Source: Epiperipatus broadwayi
Taxonomy: Eukaryota; Animalia; Onychophora
Direction of reading: 5' to 3'
NCBI GenBank assembly: GCA_028023455.1
Contig: JAQFVV010000006.1
Location: 15,376,001-15,440,000, forward strand
DNA length: 64,000 nucleotides
Part shown: positions 1-12,149 of the stretch, piece after piece
Layout of the letters: every line of letters starts with the position of its first letter
Position numbering within the stretch: position 1 is the first letter of the stretch
The notes under the pieces: model-generated
What the model saw: the letters and a program-made list of their open reading frames with translations, nothing else
Told to the model about the DNA's origin: nothing
Databases searched by the model: none
Program-made: the position numbers and the translations under genes

Positions 1-272
1 AAAAAGAGAAATCTTAAAAACTAAAAATCACTCTCTTGTCATTTATCTAAGAGTGAGGGATACGTATATTGATTTTAAAAATACATTAAAATGTCTATAT
101 ATGTGTGCGTATAAAAGTAAGATTGAATTTTAAAAAAATAAGTTTGTAACCTAAAAGTTAAGATAAATTCAAAGATGGCTACAAATAAACAATGAGAATA
201 ATTAAAAAGTTAGATCTTATAATAAGTAAATTAATCTAATGAAGAATTAAATTAATAAAAAATGTGGTTGTC

Positions 273-2097
273 TTTTGATAGCCGGTCGTGACCGCTTGAC
301 GGCGTTGTTTATATGTTAAAACACATAAAAATGCTGTTTCCACAGCCTACACTTTCGGCTAAGAAAACAGTGGTGTTTACCCTAGACAATGCAGGTCGTT
401 TGATGGCTTTGCACAGAAATATTACGGCCTGTTTTGTGCTTCATGACACTTCATGCGAATTTGCATAATTCACTGATTGCTACCGTATCGTCTGAAGGTG
501 TTTGGATTTCAAGTGACCACAAGTTTTGATATCTCCATAGCAGAGTAATTTACTTTCTACTAAAATCATGGTCTGACTCGTTAAGAATTGTCACACTGTC
601 CCCACTCTTCCCTACCCAATGTGGAATTTGCAAAATATTGGGAAAGGGTATAGCCGAATACATTTTGCCCGAGTTCACGCGAAAACTCACGCTTTCGCGA
701 GAAATTATGAGACAAATAAAATGATGCATAAATTGTGCTACTTACCGACATCAGTCAGGCTCCTGCAACCGAATGTATTCTATTCCTAAAAAAAAAATAT
801 TAAATACATAGTAGGAAAAAATAGAAAGATCAAAAAACGTCATTAATAGTAAGGGCAAAATAGAAATCGTGTAATTAAAATCACCGTACAGCCAAAAAAA
901 AGTCGCCGTATTTTAAATGTGAAAAAATAAAACGAAATGTGTAAAAGTCTGAAGTTTTGATGTTATTGCAATTTTCTGTGTGCTGGTGTGTTGAAAGAAT
1001 AAAAAAATGTAATTAATATGAAAACGTTTTTTTAAAAAATGGCAAAATAGGCATCGCTTAATAGAAATAAAGCCAGAAAAAAATCATCTTATAGTCGCTG
1101 TCTTTTAAAAAAAAAAAATAACGAAAGTTGAAAAAGTCAAAAGTTTTGATCTTATTTTAATGGGGGGGGGGGGTTGAGAAATACTTTGTCTTCACTGAGA
1201 CAAAAGATAGAGACCAAAGTTATTTTTTGTTTGTTTTTATTTAAAAAAAAAAAAGAACAGAAATTGGTTTTAAAAATAAAAATTTTAGTATACTAGCGGT
1301 ATACAAATAAAGCCAAAAAAAAAGTGGGCGTATTTTTAAACAAAAAAAGAAAAGAAAATGAAACTTGAAAAAGTCAAAAATTTTGATCTTATTTTAATTT
1401 AGGTGTGGAGGGGATTGAGAAATACTTTGTAAAAGTTATAGACAGAAGTTATTTTTTGGTTGTTTTTATTTTTAAAAAAAGGTAATAAAAATTGATTTCA
1501 AAAATAAAAGTTAAAGCCAAAAAAGATCTTATTTTAATTTTTTTTGGGGGAGTGGGTTGAGAAATACTTTGTCTTCACTGAGACAAGTTATTTTTGGTTT
1601 GTTTTTATTTAAAAAGGTAATAAAAATTGGTTTTAAAAATAAGTTTTAGTATATCAGCGGTATACAAATAAAGGCAAAAAAAATATCGCCTTATAGGCCA
1701 AAAAGAAGTGGCCATATTTTTTTTAAAAAAGAAAAGAAAATGAAACTTGAAAAAGTCAAAAGTTTGATCTTATTTTATTTTGGGGGTGGGGGTGTATTGA
1801 GAAATACTTTGTAAAAGTTAGAGACAGAAGTTATTTTTTGGTTGTTTTTATTTTTTTTAAAAAAAAAAGGTAATAAAAATTGATTTAAAAAATAAAAGTT
1901 AAAACTAAAAAAAAAAATCGCCATATAGCCAAACCCCCACTAAAAATGAATATTAAAAGATGAAATAGAAAAAATTTAAGAGATCAAAAAAAAAGTCGCC
2001 ATATTTTTAAAATTGCAGCCCAGTAACATTACATTTTATTGTTTTAACACATAAACAACACCAACAAGCGGTCGTGACCGGCTACCAAAAATGTTAA
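273..2097. mobile_element. Non-autonomous TIR DNA transposon, possibly piggyBac-like (~1.8 kb)
   Basis: Imperfect ~55-bp inverted repeats at 273-332 (ttttgatagccggtcgtgaccgcttgacggcgttgtttatatgttaaaac) and 2032-2090. The right end is followed by TTAA at 2094-2097; the left TTAA is not visible. No transposase ORF recognised. Confidence 0.5.
880..2010 (+). repeat. Degenerate tandem array of ~180-240 bp modules inside the TIR element
   Basis: Recurring blocks agccaaaaaa..gtcgcc/gtggcc, gaaaaagtcaaaagttttgatcttatttta, G-run, ttgagaaatactttgt and gacagaagttatttttggttg, repeated 4-6 times. Confidence 0.75.
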
Positions 2098-5000
2098 TCA
2101 AGCTGAACAATAAAAGGGCCATGCATATAAATAGGCCTGAAAAAAGAACTCATCAGCAGAGCAGATCAGATTTTTTAGTAGTATTATTCCAGTCTGTAAT
2201 CAGAAGTCAAAGTATGCCGCTGTACTTCAATCTTTGATTGCCGTAGAATATCTGAAGATCTTTAACTAGCCACAATGAACATATAATAACTTGAGCCGTT
2301 TGAACATTATTCGTCAGCAATCCAAATCCCAACCGGTTGGTATAACACGTACTATACAAGAGAAATAAGCAGCTGCCTATCCAGGATCATGTATCCGAAA
2401 ACCTATAGGTAATATTATTCTTTATTCCTATTGATTCAATAATTTATTATTGTAGTCATTGCAATCTTTAAAATATCCAGAGTCAACAGAACTAAACTCT
2501 TAACTAGCATAAAAGAACTATTTATGTGCAGTTAGAGTAATGAGCAAATATTTTCGGAATTTTCCGAATCATACAAACAAATAACTTAATGATAAAATGT
2601 GTGTGCACCATATATAATATTTTTTTATGCTATATATTAATTTATGTGTGCCTGATATATGATATGTAATTATTGTTTTATTTAGGGAAGAGATGATAAA
2701 TTGGGTCTTAAGTTAATTTAAAGTTTTAAAAAAATTATTTTGGAAATTAGTAGTTTGTCGGTCAATTCTTTTACTAATACCACTAATTAAAGCAGTTTAT
2801 TATATTATTTTATCGATTGAGCTAATTGGGATTTATCAGGCACTGAATTTGGTGATTGTCATTCAGAGCATGTTAGTTACTTCTTGTAATTAACTGGCGC
2901 CTGAAGTTTACTTCAAAACAAATAAAGTGCTTTGAAATGACAGGGTTTGAATTCAGTAGCAGAAGTTCTGTAGCTTGGAAATGTGGCTGTAAATTATACA
3001 TTGTATAATTACAGTCTAGCTATAGGTACTCTATGGGTATTCTTCTCTGCCTGAGGAGCCGGTATGATGCAATACAAAATTGCAGCTTTTGTCATTTTAT
3101 ATATAAAATAAGTCAACAATGTTTTTTATTAAAGAGTAAAAAAAAATTGTATTCTATATACTTTTTTTTATTCGATCTATCTCCCACCCGGTTCAATAAT
3201 AATACATTACAATTTACTGAAGTTCTCTTTAAACAATATTTTGTAAACTTTTTTTTTTTTTCCTCCACTAAAAACCAAACATATTTCTAACAGATACCCT
3301 GCATGGAAGGACAACCAAACATTTCTAGCAGATACCCTGATATGGAAGGACAGGATCTGGGTCAACTAGTAAAAATGGAAGTTACCAATTGCAGTGTTTC
3401 TGTAATTTTTTCACTGAAAAATTACTTCAGGTTAAGACATATATCATTTTTTCCCAGCAATTTATGACAAATGTGATGAAGCTGTCTATGAAATTGTCAT
3501 TTTAGCATTTAACTTTCAAAATTTAGAATTTGTGAACCAATGTAAAAATAAAGATGTTTAAAAGTGTTAAAAATCTCTTTTTTCTTAATTTTTTTTTTGA
3601 GGTAATGATTATTTTATCATCTTTATTGTAATAAAATAGAAAATATATTATAAATTATATTTCTTGTAATTTTTTTTTAAAATTAAAGATGGAGTCTTAG
3701 GATTTAAAGAGTTTTAAAATAAACAAGAAAAAGAAAACTTTTTTATGAATTTTATATTACAACATGGAATTAATTGAAAAAAAATATATTTTTAATAATT
3801 TTATTATTTTGACAAATTAGAATATATGGTATAAACATCAGTGCGCACATACATTTCTATGCACACACACACACGTTAAATCAGTTATTAATTATGTATT
3901 AAACAGAAAGAATTTCATTTATAGGATTAATACATTAATAAATTATTATACTGCGCAAGTATGCTGATATAGATGTTTTATGTAAACCCATTATAAGGTA
4001 TTTGTAAATCACAATGATAGCTTATTTTTTTATATATATTATTACGACAATTCCAACATTACAATGCACATCTATGTGCATATATTAATGCGTGTCCGGT
4101 ACACATATATGTAAAAAGTAATTATTTTTGAAAATTTTATACAATTCAAATGTATACCACACATCTGTGCGCTGATATGTGGGCGTTTTATATAAACCAT
4201 AGGTAGATCACAATGTAATAGCATATTTTAATATATATATATATACCCAGATTCTGTAATCTTAATTTCATTTTTTTTTATTATTAATAAACTGATATTT
4301 CATTGTTAAAATTATTCCAATGAATTTAATGCAAAAATATAAATTATGTTTGAACATCCCAGCATTATTGTTTTTATTGATATATATTCTGATGGATTAG
4401 CACTCAAGTTTGTGCAACCAAATTAATGTTTAAATAATCTGCCCCAAGCTGGCATAGGCTAAATAATTAGCCTGGTCTATAGAAGACCCATTTTAAATCC
4501 AGTCATCTGATTGACTGTTGATTTATTTTTACTGTTAATCATTCATGATGAGGAAAGAGTATTACTTTTGGGTAATGCTGGTGAACTTATAGTTAACATA
4601 CTTATACTTACATAGTTAGCTATGCTGATCTCTCATGCTCATTACTTTTATATTCATTTTATATTGACTCATAGTCATTTAATTTATATTACTTTTATAT
4701 TAAATTGATATTTAATATGTTTACTTGGGGTTTGAGGATGAACGGCATCACCCCAGGTGTACCTCCATATTTTCTGTCCTGTTACAATATATTTTAACGA
4801 TATAACCCTCAAGTAAAAATATATATATAAAAAAAGAATTTAATAATTTTATTAAAATTAATATATATAATGCACAGATGGCAAACTAATTATATAATTA
4901 TTTAAAGTTAAAAATCTAAAAACAAGATTGTTTTCATATAAAAAAAAAAGCTGTTAATAAGTTGAAAATTATTTTTAATCTTAGAATAGAAATGATTTTC

Positions 5001-5762
5001 TATATTGATGTAAGGGCAAACAGGCCATTGGGCATAAAGTCAGATAAGAGATAAATTAAAAAAAAATACTAATGATCAAATTTTGAGTTCTCGCTCTAAA
5101 GCAAGCTGGCCAATAACGATGGTAATAAACACATGGTCTACAGAGAAAAGTCATTATCACCAATAAGAACAGTACCAAACCAGGCAAGATCGATCCTGGA
5201 ATTTGGTATAAAATAAAACTTTAAAAGTGAAGTTTTAGATTTGGATTGCTCTTGCTGATTGTGTGATATTTAAATATATTTGTAAGTGCATTGCGGATCT
5301 CCAAAATGTAGGGGTCACACAATAAATTACGTTTCCAGTATTTGCACCAGCTGAGGCCGTCTCCCAAATGACGGTTCACAGAAACTGATCGGCAACAGAT
5401 TAGTCTCCACCTAGGATATCAATATAGACAGGAAAGAACTGTGAACATAGTTGTTTGATGTGTTAAGAACCGCAAAGACAGACTTCAATAAACCTACAGA
5501 ATTAGAAAGTATGTACTTGTTTAAATGAACTTTAATTATTAATACAAAACTTTTCCAAGTAGTAATTTTAAACGTCACTTAATTTTTAAAAGAAATACTT
5601 TATCTGACTAAAATTTTACATTATTTATTATATTTTTTTATATATGTGTTTGATATTTCCATTTTTGTAAATTTAATTTAAATTAATTATTTAAAAATAG
5701 GTGTAAATGGCTGCATAGATTTGTAAAGATTATGTTAGTTTAAGTGTGTTAATTTTGGGCTA

Positions 5763-6853
5763 ATTGCTGCCATTATGCTTTGGATTAGTAGATTATGAAA
5801 AGACATTTGATTCTATAAACATTTCTTTAGTGATTAAAGCATTGGATCATCAAGGTATAGATCCAGGATATTATCATATTTTAAAGAATATTTATAAAAA
5901 TGCAACAGCAACAATTAGATTACATAATGATACTGGGAAAGTCAACATTGAGAAGGGTGTAAGACAGGGTAACTCCATATCTCCAAAACTTTTTACAGCA
6001 GTGCTGCAAGAAGTATTTTGTGGATTAAAATGGGAAGCTAAAGGAGTGAAAGTAAATGGAGATTATTTAAGTCATTTAGATATTGCAGATGATGTAGTTG
6101 TTTTTACAAATAATGCTTTAGAGCTGCAGGAAATGTTACAGGAGGTATCAGATAAAAGTAGGAAAGTAGGACTAAAGATAAATGTTGAAAAGACTAAAGT
6201 AATGTTTAATGGATTTTCTCAAAATATGAAAATAAAGATTGATTATGATGAGTTAGAAGAAGTTAATACTTACAAATACCTTGGTCAGATTATTAAAACA
6301 GATGGAAACATAATGGATGAAATTAATCATAGAATTAAACTTGGTTGGTGTGCTTTTGGTGGAAATAACTTGATATTAAAAGGAAATATGCTTATGTGTT
6401 TGAAAAGGAAGGTTTTTAATAAACGTGTTTTACCAGTTCTTACTTATGGATCTGAGACTTGGACCCTTAATAGAAGAGCAGTACAGAGACTTCAGACCAC
6501 TCAAAGAAGTGTGGAGAGATGCATGTTGGGAGTAACAAGATCGAAAACCCAATATATAGGAAAGAAAACAAACAGGTGTAACTGACATCATTGAAAAAAT
6601 TAAAAAACTGAAGTGGAGTTGGGTTGGACATATTACTAGAAAAGATGATAATAGATTGACAATTGAAATCTTAAACTGGATTCCAAGAGATTATAAACAA
6701 CCCAGAAAGAGACCATATGTGAGAGGGATAGATGAAATAAGAAAGTGTGCAGGGGTGATGTGGAGAAGGAAAGCTAAAGATTGGAGAAGATGGACTGAAC
6801 TTGGAGAGACCTCCATCCTGCAGTGGATTGATAATGGTTGATGATGATGATGA
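5763..6853 (+). mobile_element. 5'-truncated RTE-clade non-LTR retrotransposon (RT domain to 3' end)
   Basis: ORF 5764-6585 has RT motifs DYEKTFDS, GVRQGNSISPKLF, IADDVVV and YKYLGQ. Frameshifted C-terminus WIPRDYKQPRKRP..W. (TGA)n tail at 6839-6853. Confidence 0.9.
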
Positions 6854-6972
6854 TTAGGACTCAAATCATATAGAATAATGCAGCTACAAATAGCTAGATG
6901 ATATTAGAAAAACAACAACACATCAATTGAATAAATCTAACATTGTAAAAAATAAAGTTTAATTCTACATAC

Positions 6973-7084
6973 TTCTTAAAAAATTTAAAAGCCGTTTTAA
7001 ATTTTTCTGCAAGTTCTTCTTGTAATTCTTCATTATCAATTTCAAGAATAGATTCTTTCAGTAATTTCTTCAACTTGACATTAT
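6973..7084 (-). CDS. Candidate internal coding exon of an unidentified minus-strand gene (NVKLKKLLKESILEIDNEELQEELAEKFKTAFKFFK)
   Basis: Preceded on the minus strand by a polypyrimidine tract and TAG (7086-7085 = AG) and followed by a GTATGT donor (6972-6967). 112 nt, open reading frame, protein-like helical composition. Confidence 0.45.
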
Positions 7085-7160
7085 CTATTAAAAAAAAGAA
7101 AAGTATTTGCTTAAAATTACATAATATTGTAACATGACCAAAATACAATTATTTACCTAC

Positions 7161-7198
7161 GTATAAAATTGACGCTACTAATTACAACATCTTTAAGA
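7161..7198 (-). CDS. Candidate 38-nt exon upstream of the 7084 exon (LKDVVISSVNFI)
   Basis: Acceptor ttttttatttAG and donor GTAGGT (7160-7155). The 76-nt intron joins in phase with the 7084-6973 exon without stops. Confidence 0.4.
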
Positions 7199-7371
7199 CT
7201 AAATAAAAAACACAATAATTTTAGCAAAGTATTCAAAGAATAAAATAAATTTTATTCAGATGATGGCAATTGTTACATCTCTAGGGAAATCTAATTACAA
7301 AAGGATAAAAAATTTGCAACTATTCACATTAGGTTTGAATACTGTTCAATGTAAATTTAACAAGTATACTA

Positions 7372-7582
7372 AAATCAGAGCAAAACTCTCCAATACAGTA
7401 GTGCCACCTGTGCTAAACAGAGTAATCAATGGACGCCAGAAGGCTTGTGCATAAAATCCCTATCTAATGCCTACTCATCCAATATCCCCAGACTAGTTTC
7501 TGGCTTGTGGCCTTCGTCAGTGAGGAGCTCTGTTTATCAACAATTAATGTGCTAGTATAGGAAATGTGATCATGTGATGCTT
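7372..7582 (-). mobile_element. Family A repeat (hammerhead-bearing, PLE pLTR/retrozyme-like) with inverted terminal segment
   Basis: Highly similar to copies at 23.9-24.6, 28.5, 30.2, 42.1 and 51.1 kb. The last ~55 bp are the element terminus in the opposite orientation. Strand given is the ribozyme-sense strand. Confidence 0.8.
7485..7526 (-). ncRNA. Minimal type-I hammerhead ribozyme motif (family A)
   Basis: Minus strand reads TCCTCA CTGACGA A-GGC-CACAA-GCC-A GAAA CTAG TC|TGGGGA. The outer half of stem I is lost at an inversion junction. Confidence 0.65.
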
Positions 7583-9949
7583 AATGGTTTATAATAAAAT
7601 CACTTGTACTTTTTCATAAAAGGCTGTGCATTTATATATATATAAAATACACAATCCAATTTTATAGCTGAATTTGAATACTATAAACCAACCAATAAAC
7701 ATTAATTTTGAAAAGAAATGAAATATTATGGATTGTTATAATCAGAATGTAAATAAAATAAATTTTAGATGCAAATTGTTGGCCAGATCATAGATTAATA
7801 TGCTTTAAGTTTAAAATAATGATAACTCCAACGATAAATAAGTCTAATCCAAACATATTGGTAGAACATTTTATATTTATTCTTTCAAAGTAATTGCTAC
7901 TTATGCTAATTTACATTAGCAGATGTATATTGATAGACTTTCAAATTATCATATTACTAAGGCATAAAACTCTTCTAAGATATTTGCTGCAGATATAAGT
8001 TTGTTCTTGAGTTCACTAAAATAAAATAAAAGTTCTTTGACAATTTTATAATTAGTGAATTGATTTTAAAAAAATCTAATATTCTCTTTTTGGTAAACCA
8101 GCAAAATAATTAAGAAGCTTCACATGCAATAAATAGACTTATTAATTAACAAATGTTCAAAAACCTCATGCTTTTTATCTAAGTATACAAGTTACTTAAG
8201 ATAGCCATTGGAGTCATATTTTTTTAAAAATCTTCATCAGAACATTAATTTAAAGCAATTACGATTACTAAATACTATAATCATATAAGTAAACCCATAT
8301 TTTCAGGTACTGATTTGGAAAATGAAAATTTAGAAATACATTTTATCTGTTAAATTAAAAATCATGGCTGCATCATTGGAAAGTAAAAAAAAAGACTTTC
8401 ATGACCGATTCCGGATGTCACTGGAAAGTAAAAAAAAGTTAAGACTTCCATGACTCATTACCATATTTTTATGTATATGTGGATATTTTAAAGAGAACAG
8501 AAATGGTACCTCAAATGTCTGAAGCACACTTACGAGATTCTCAAACTTGTTATACCATGAAGTCTGTAATGCAGTAGTACAAATTAATGCAATTCTAGGT
8601 TTCAGAATGTTTTGACTGAAGTGGGCTCGTATAATCTACTCTACTTGTTAGGTCTAAAAATCCTGATTAAATAATATGACTTGCTCTAGTTTTTTCAAAT
8701 ACTTTTTCAGCAGACATTCAGTCATTTGATTGGTAAACAAAATACAAAGTCACAAATTTTCTTATTTCTATAAGCTCATTTTATTAACGCACAATAACAA
8801 TAAGATGGTTGTCTAAAAGTATACTCATTTGTATCAGACTTTAATAACCGAATGGAGATGTGTAATATAGTTTGTCTTTCTTTTGAGTCATCACTGAGTG
8901 GAAAATAACTTAATTTTTATTTAAATAATGTGGATTTGGGGTAATGTGAGATCAAATAGTGCATTGGAAGTCAAGAATTATTTATTATGGAGAAAAATAT
9001 CTAATTGTTATTCTTCTTCAGTTTTAACTTAAATTTACTATGAATTTGGCTATTTCAAAAGTTATTAAATTTTGGCATAACTATTTTATCTTCTTATACA
9101 TTCCTTGTGGCATAAAGCCTAATGAGGAATTGTATATGATGACACTGTGTGCTCTTTTAATACATAGACAGACATAAAATAATTTCATATACAACTAAAT
9201 TTTTAAATAATATATGTTAGCTTCTATCATGTTAAAATAATTCACAGCCAAGTTTAAAATTTTGTAAAAAAAAAGTCTAATGTGATTAATTTTAGTTACT
9301 AATTATTTAAAATTGTTTTCGTAAGTTATGATTTGGATAGTATTTTTCTCAAAATGTTATTTCGGTACTGTTCTATTAACTTGTGTCAGCTGCTTAATGC
9401 TATGCAAAAACCCAGAAATATAAAGTTATCTGGCTGCCGGCATAAAAATTAATTATTAATATCTTTATATATTAATGTATGTTAGCGTATCAATCAAAAT
9501 CAATAAGGTTGTTCATTTGTTATTTAGTTGACGATGTGGAATATATGTATATAAATAAGAAGTTGGATGATAGAAATTAAATAATTTAAAACAATTTTTT
9601 CTTCAAATTTTATTCTCACCCTGCTATGTAAGGTGGAATTTGTTTGTAAATAAATTAGACAAGTTATATTTATTATATATGTATACTTAATCAAACCAGA
9701 TATGTATTAATTAATTACGCATTAGAAGGCCAATAGTTATATACACGTCTGCTAATTTAATCTTTGGAATAGAGGTACCGTGTGATCTTTTTCATACATT
9801 TAGTTATTCAATAAGAATCAGAACATGAGCATAAATAGTTCAACGACGATAGCTATTAATAATTACTCATTCTAAGAATAAAATCCTGGTATAATACCTG
9901 CATCTAAATTAAATGTCTTTAAGGAAAAAAGTGTTATTTATTTATTTCA

Positions 9950-10900
9950 TAATGGAGTTGTTGTTTTTTTTTGTAGCATAGTAACATATGGGATGGTATA
10001 CCTATATATTAACATTAATGAAGGTTGACTATCTGCAATACTGTGTTGTACTTGGGATCGTGGGTCTACATTCTTTAACTGCTCTCCGAAATACTTCATC
10101 GGCCAATCTTTAAATACTGGAGATGCCCAGAGTGAACTCCTCCTAAATGGGAAAACCAAAGAAATGGACATAAGCTACCAAAGCATGCTTCATTCCTGAA
10201 CCTGACCACTAAGGCTTTCAAAATGAACAGAATTCTGGAGCCGTCAAAGGTCTCCTTTCGAAGAGAACACTTTTGCCAACAGAGAATGAGACTTGCATAT
10301 GAACTGCGAGATGGTCTTGGACATACCCAGTCTCATCGTTTCGCCACACACACACATCTCTTGGCATATAAAAATATGTCGCCCTTTAAAAACGCCACCA
10401 CGCCAGCTTCTGTGGACAGCAGTTGGCACAATTTGAATGGCTCAGTTTTGCAGTCGCCATTTTTCTTTGTCGCGGATGTGTTCTCATGCAAATTTGAGCT
10501 GGTTGAAATCCTGCTTGGATATATCCTTTCTGAATTTTTTGATGGTTCCACGTTGAGTAGGGAAGTGTGGCGATGGGTTTACAATTGTTAGGAGGTAATA
10601 GATCAAATGACTTTAAGCTAATTACTTTGACATGCATATTGGAAGAATTGAGGCAGGCTGAAGTCCAGACACCTCACACGATACTGTAGCAAACTTGGAA
10701 TTGTCAGCATTGGGATAAAGTGCGTAACACGAAGCAGCAGGCCAGCCGCCAGAATGGCATGCAAAATGGCCTCTTTCTGTGCTTTCGCAGAGAAATAAGT
10801 GCACAGCAGCAGCTGCGTAAACAGCATATTTATGTGTTTTTGCATATAAATAACGCCATCAAGCGGCTGACACAAGCTAATAGAACAGCACCTTTATTTC
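9950..10900 (-). mobile_element. Decayed Merlin/IS1595(ISXO2)-like transposase N-terminal region
   Basis: Joining frames across shifts gives LLSTEAGVVAFLKG..KRCVCGETMRL..FICKSH..CWQKCSLRKETFDGSRI. This resembles the CxCG..M.L / C..SxRxxT.F..S zinc-ribbon pattern of this family. The block is GC-richer than its flanks. TIRs not identified. Confidence 0.55.
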
Positions 10901-12149
10901 TAAACCAGATTCATATTTGATAACAGAAATAATAAAGACCAGTGAAGTAAACACCCAATTATTTGTAACAAACAATTATTTACTAGTATGATAAATGTTC
11001 ATAATATTCTATAAAAATACTTCACACAAGAATAATGAAAAAAGCAATTCTCATTTAGTAATTCTATTATAAGTTTATTTTCATTTTTTTTATTCTCTAA
11101 CGAATGACAATTAGACACCCATTTATCGATTAATAAACAAGATGGCAAGCTAAATTGATTATGAACTGCATTTTTTTAAAGGCCTTTGATTCATAGCAAA
11201 TCCAACTGACTTCAATGCAATAATTTTTATAGAACATCCCATTCAGATAAGATAATAACATCAATCATTTCCCATGAACTATATGTACAGGAAATATGGA
11301 AATAAATTTCAAAAAATTATTAAGCTTAGATGCAGAGTATTTTTATCAAAGCGTCTTGATAAAGATGTTCTATAACAAAAGCCTGGCTTACATTTTACTA
11401 CTATTTAAATATTTTTAATTACTCACAACTAATCAAATACAGTAGCAACTCATTGGAAACAGTTCCACGTTACAAGCTTGCCTTTAATTTTAATTAAATT
11501 AATTCAAAAATTTAAAATGATTCATTTTCTCAAGCTACTATCAATTTTTTGTGGCTTATCAAGTATTTTAATTTTATAACATCATTCAGAACAATCTATA
11601 CATTATTTTTTTAGTCAGTAAGAAAAGCACTATCATCAACATACTGAAAATTAAAACAAAGAACGTGCATCAGACACACTATTTAGACAAGCTATTAGTC
11701 TTTCTTATATATATATATAAACTAACGAAACATCATAGACATTATAAGTAGTTTTAGATATTTTAATCAAATTAATCTTTCATTAAAAATAGTATGACAT
11801 AGAAATCTCAAATTCTTTAATCTTGAGAAATTGTAAAAGTCAAGTTTTAAATTGTTTATATCATACTTTTAACTATTCATATACAATAGTTGTACTGCAA
11901 TGCTTTAAAATTTACTTAAAATTTATGATAGTTAAAACATTTACCAATTCACATTACATACACAAATTCACAATTCAGGATTTGAAAGATCCCATTACCA
12001 TTTTGAAAAACACACAATTTCTTTAGAATAAAATTTTAATTTATATATTAACATAAGTCTTTTATCTTTTCTCAGAAACAATATTTAAGGGAAATCATAA
12101 CTGTTTATATCCAACTGATACATGACGATCTATATTTTGTCAATTACAT

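Noticed and set aside
880-2010. CRISPR-like repeat-spacer array
   Set aside because: Eukaryotic context, long degenerate modules, no unique spacers and no cas genes.
2170-2520. Possible decayed minus-strand LINE RT (GFR...AYFDF..IILLKNL)
   Set aside because: Too many stops and only loose motif similarity.
4570-5330. LTR-like pieces (..ctgttaca at ~4785; TGTAAGGG..GGTCACA 5009-5320) and a similar block at 32170-32530
   Set aside because: No TSD, PBS or partner LTR could be confirmed.
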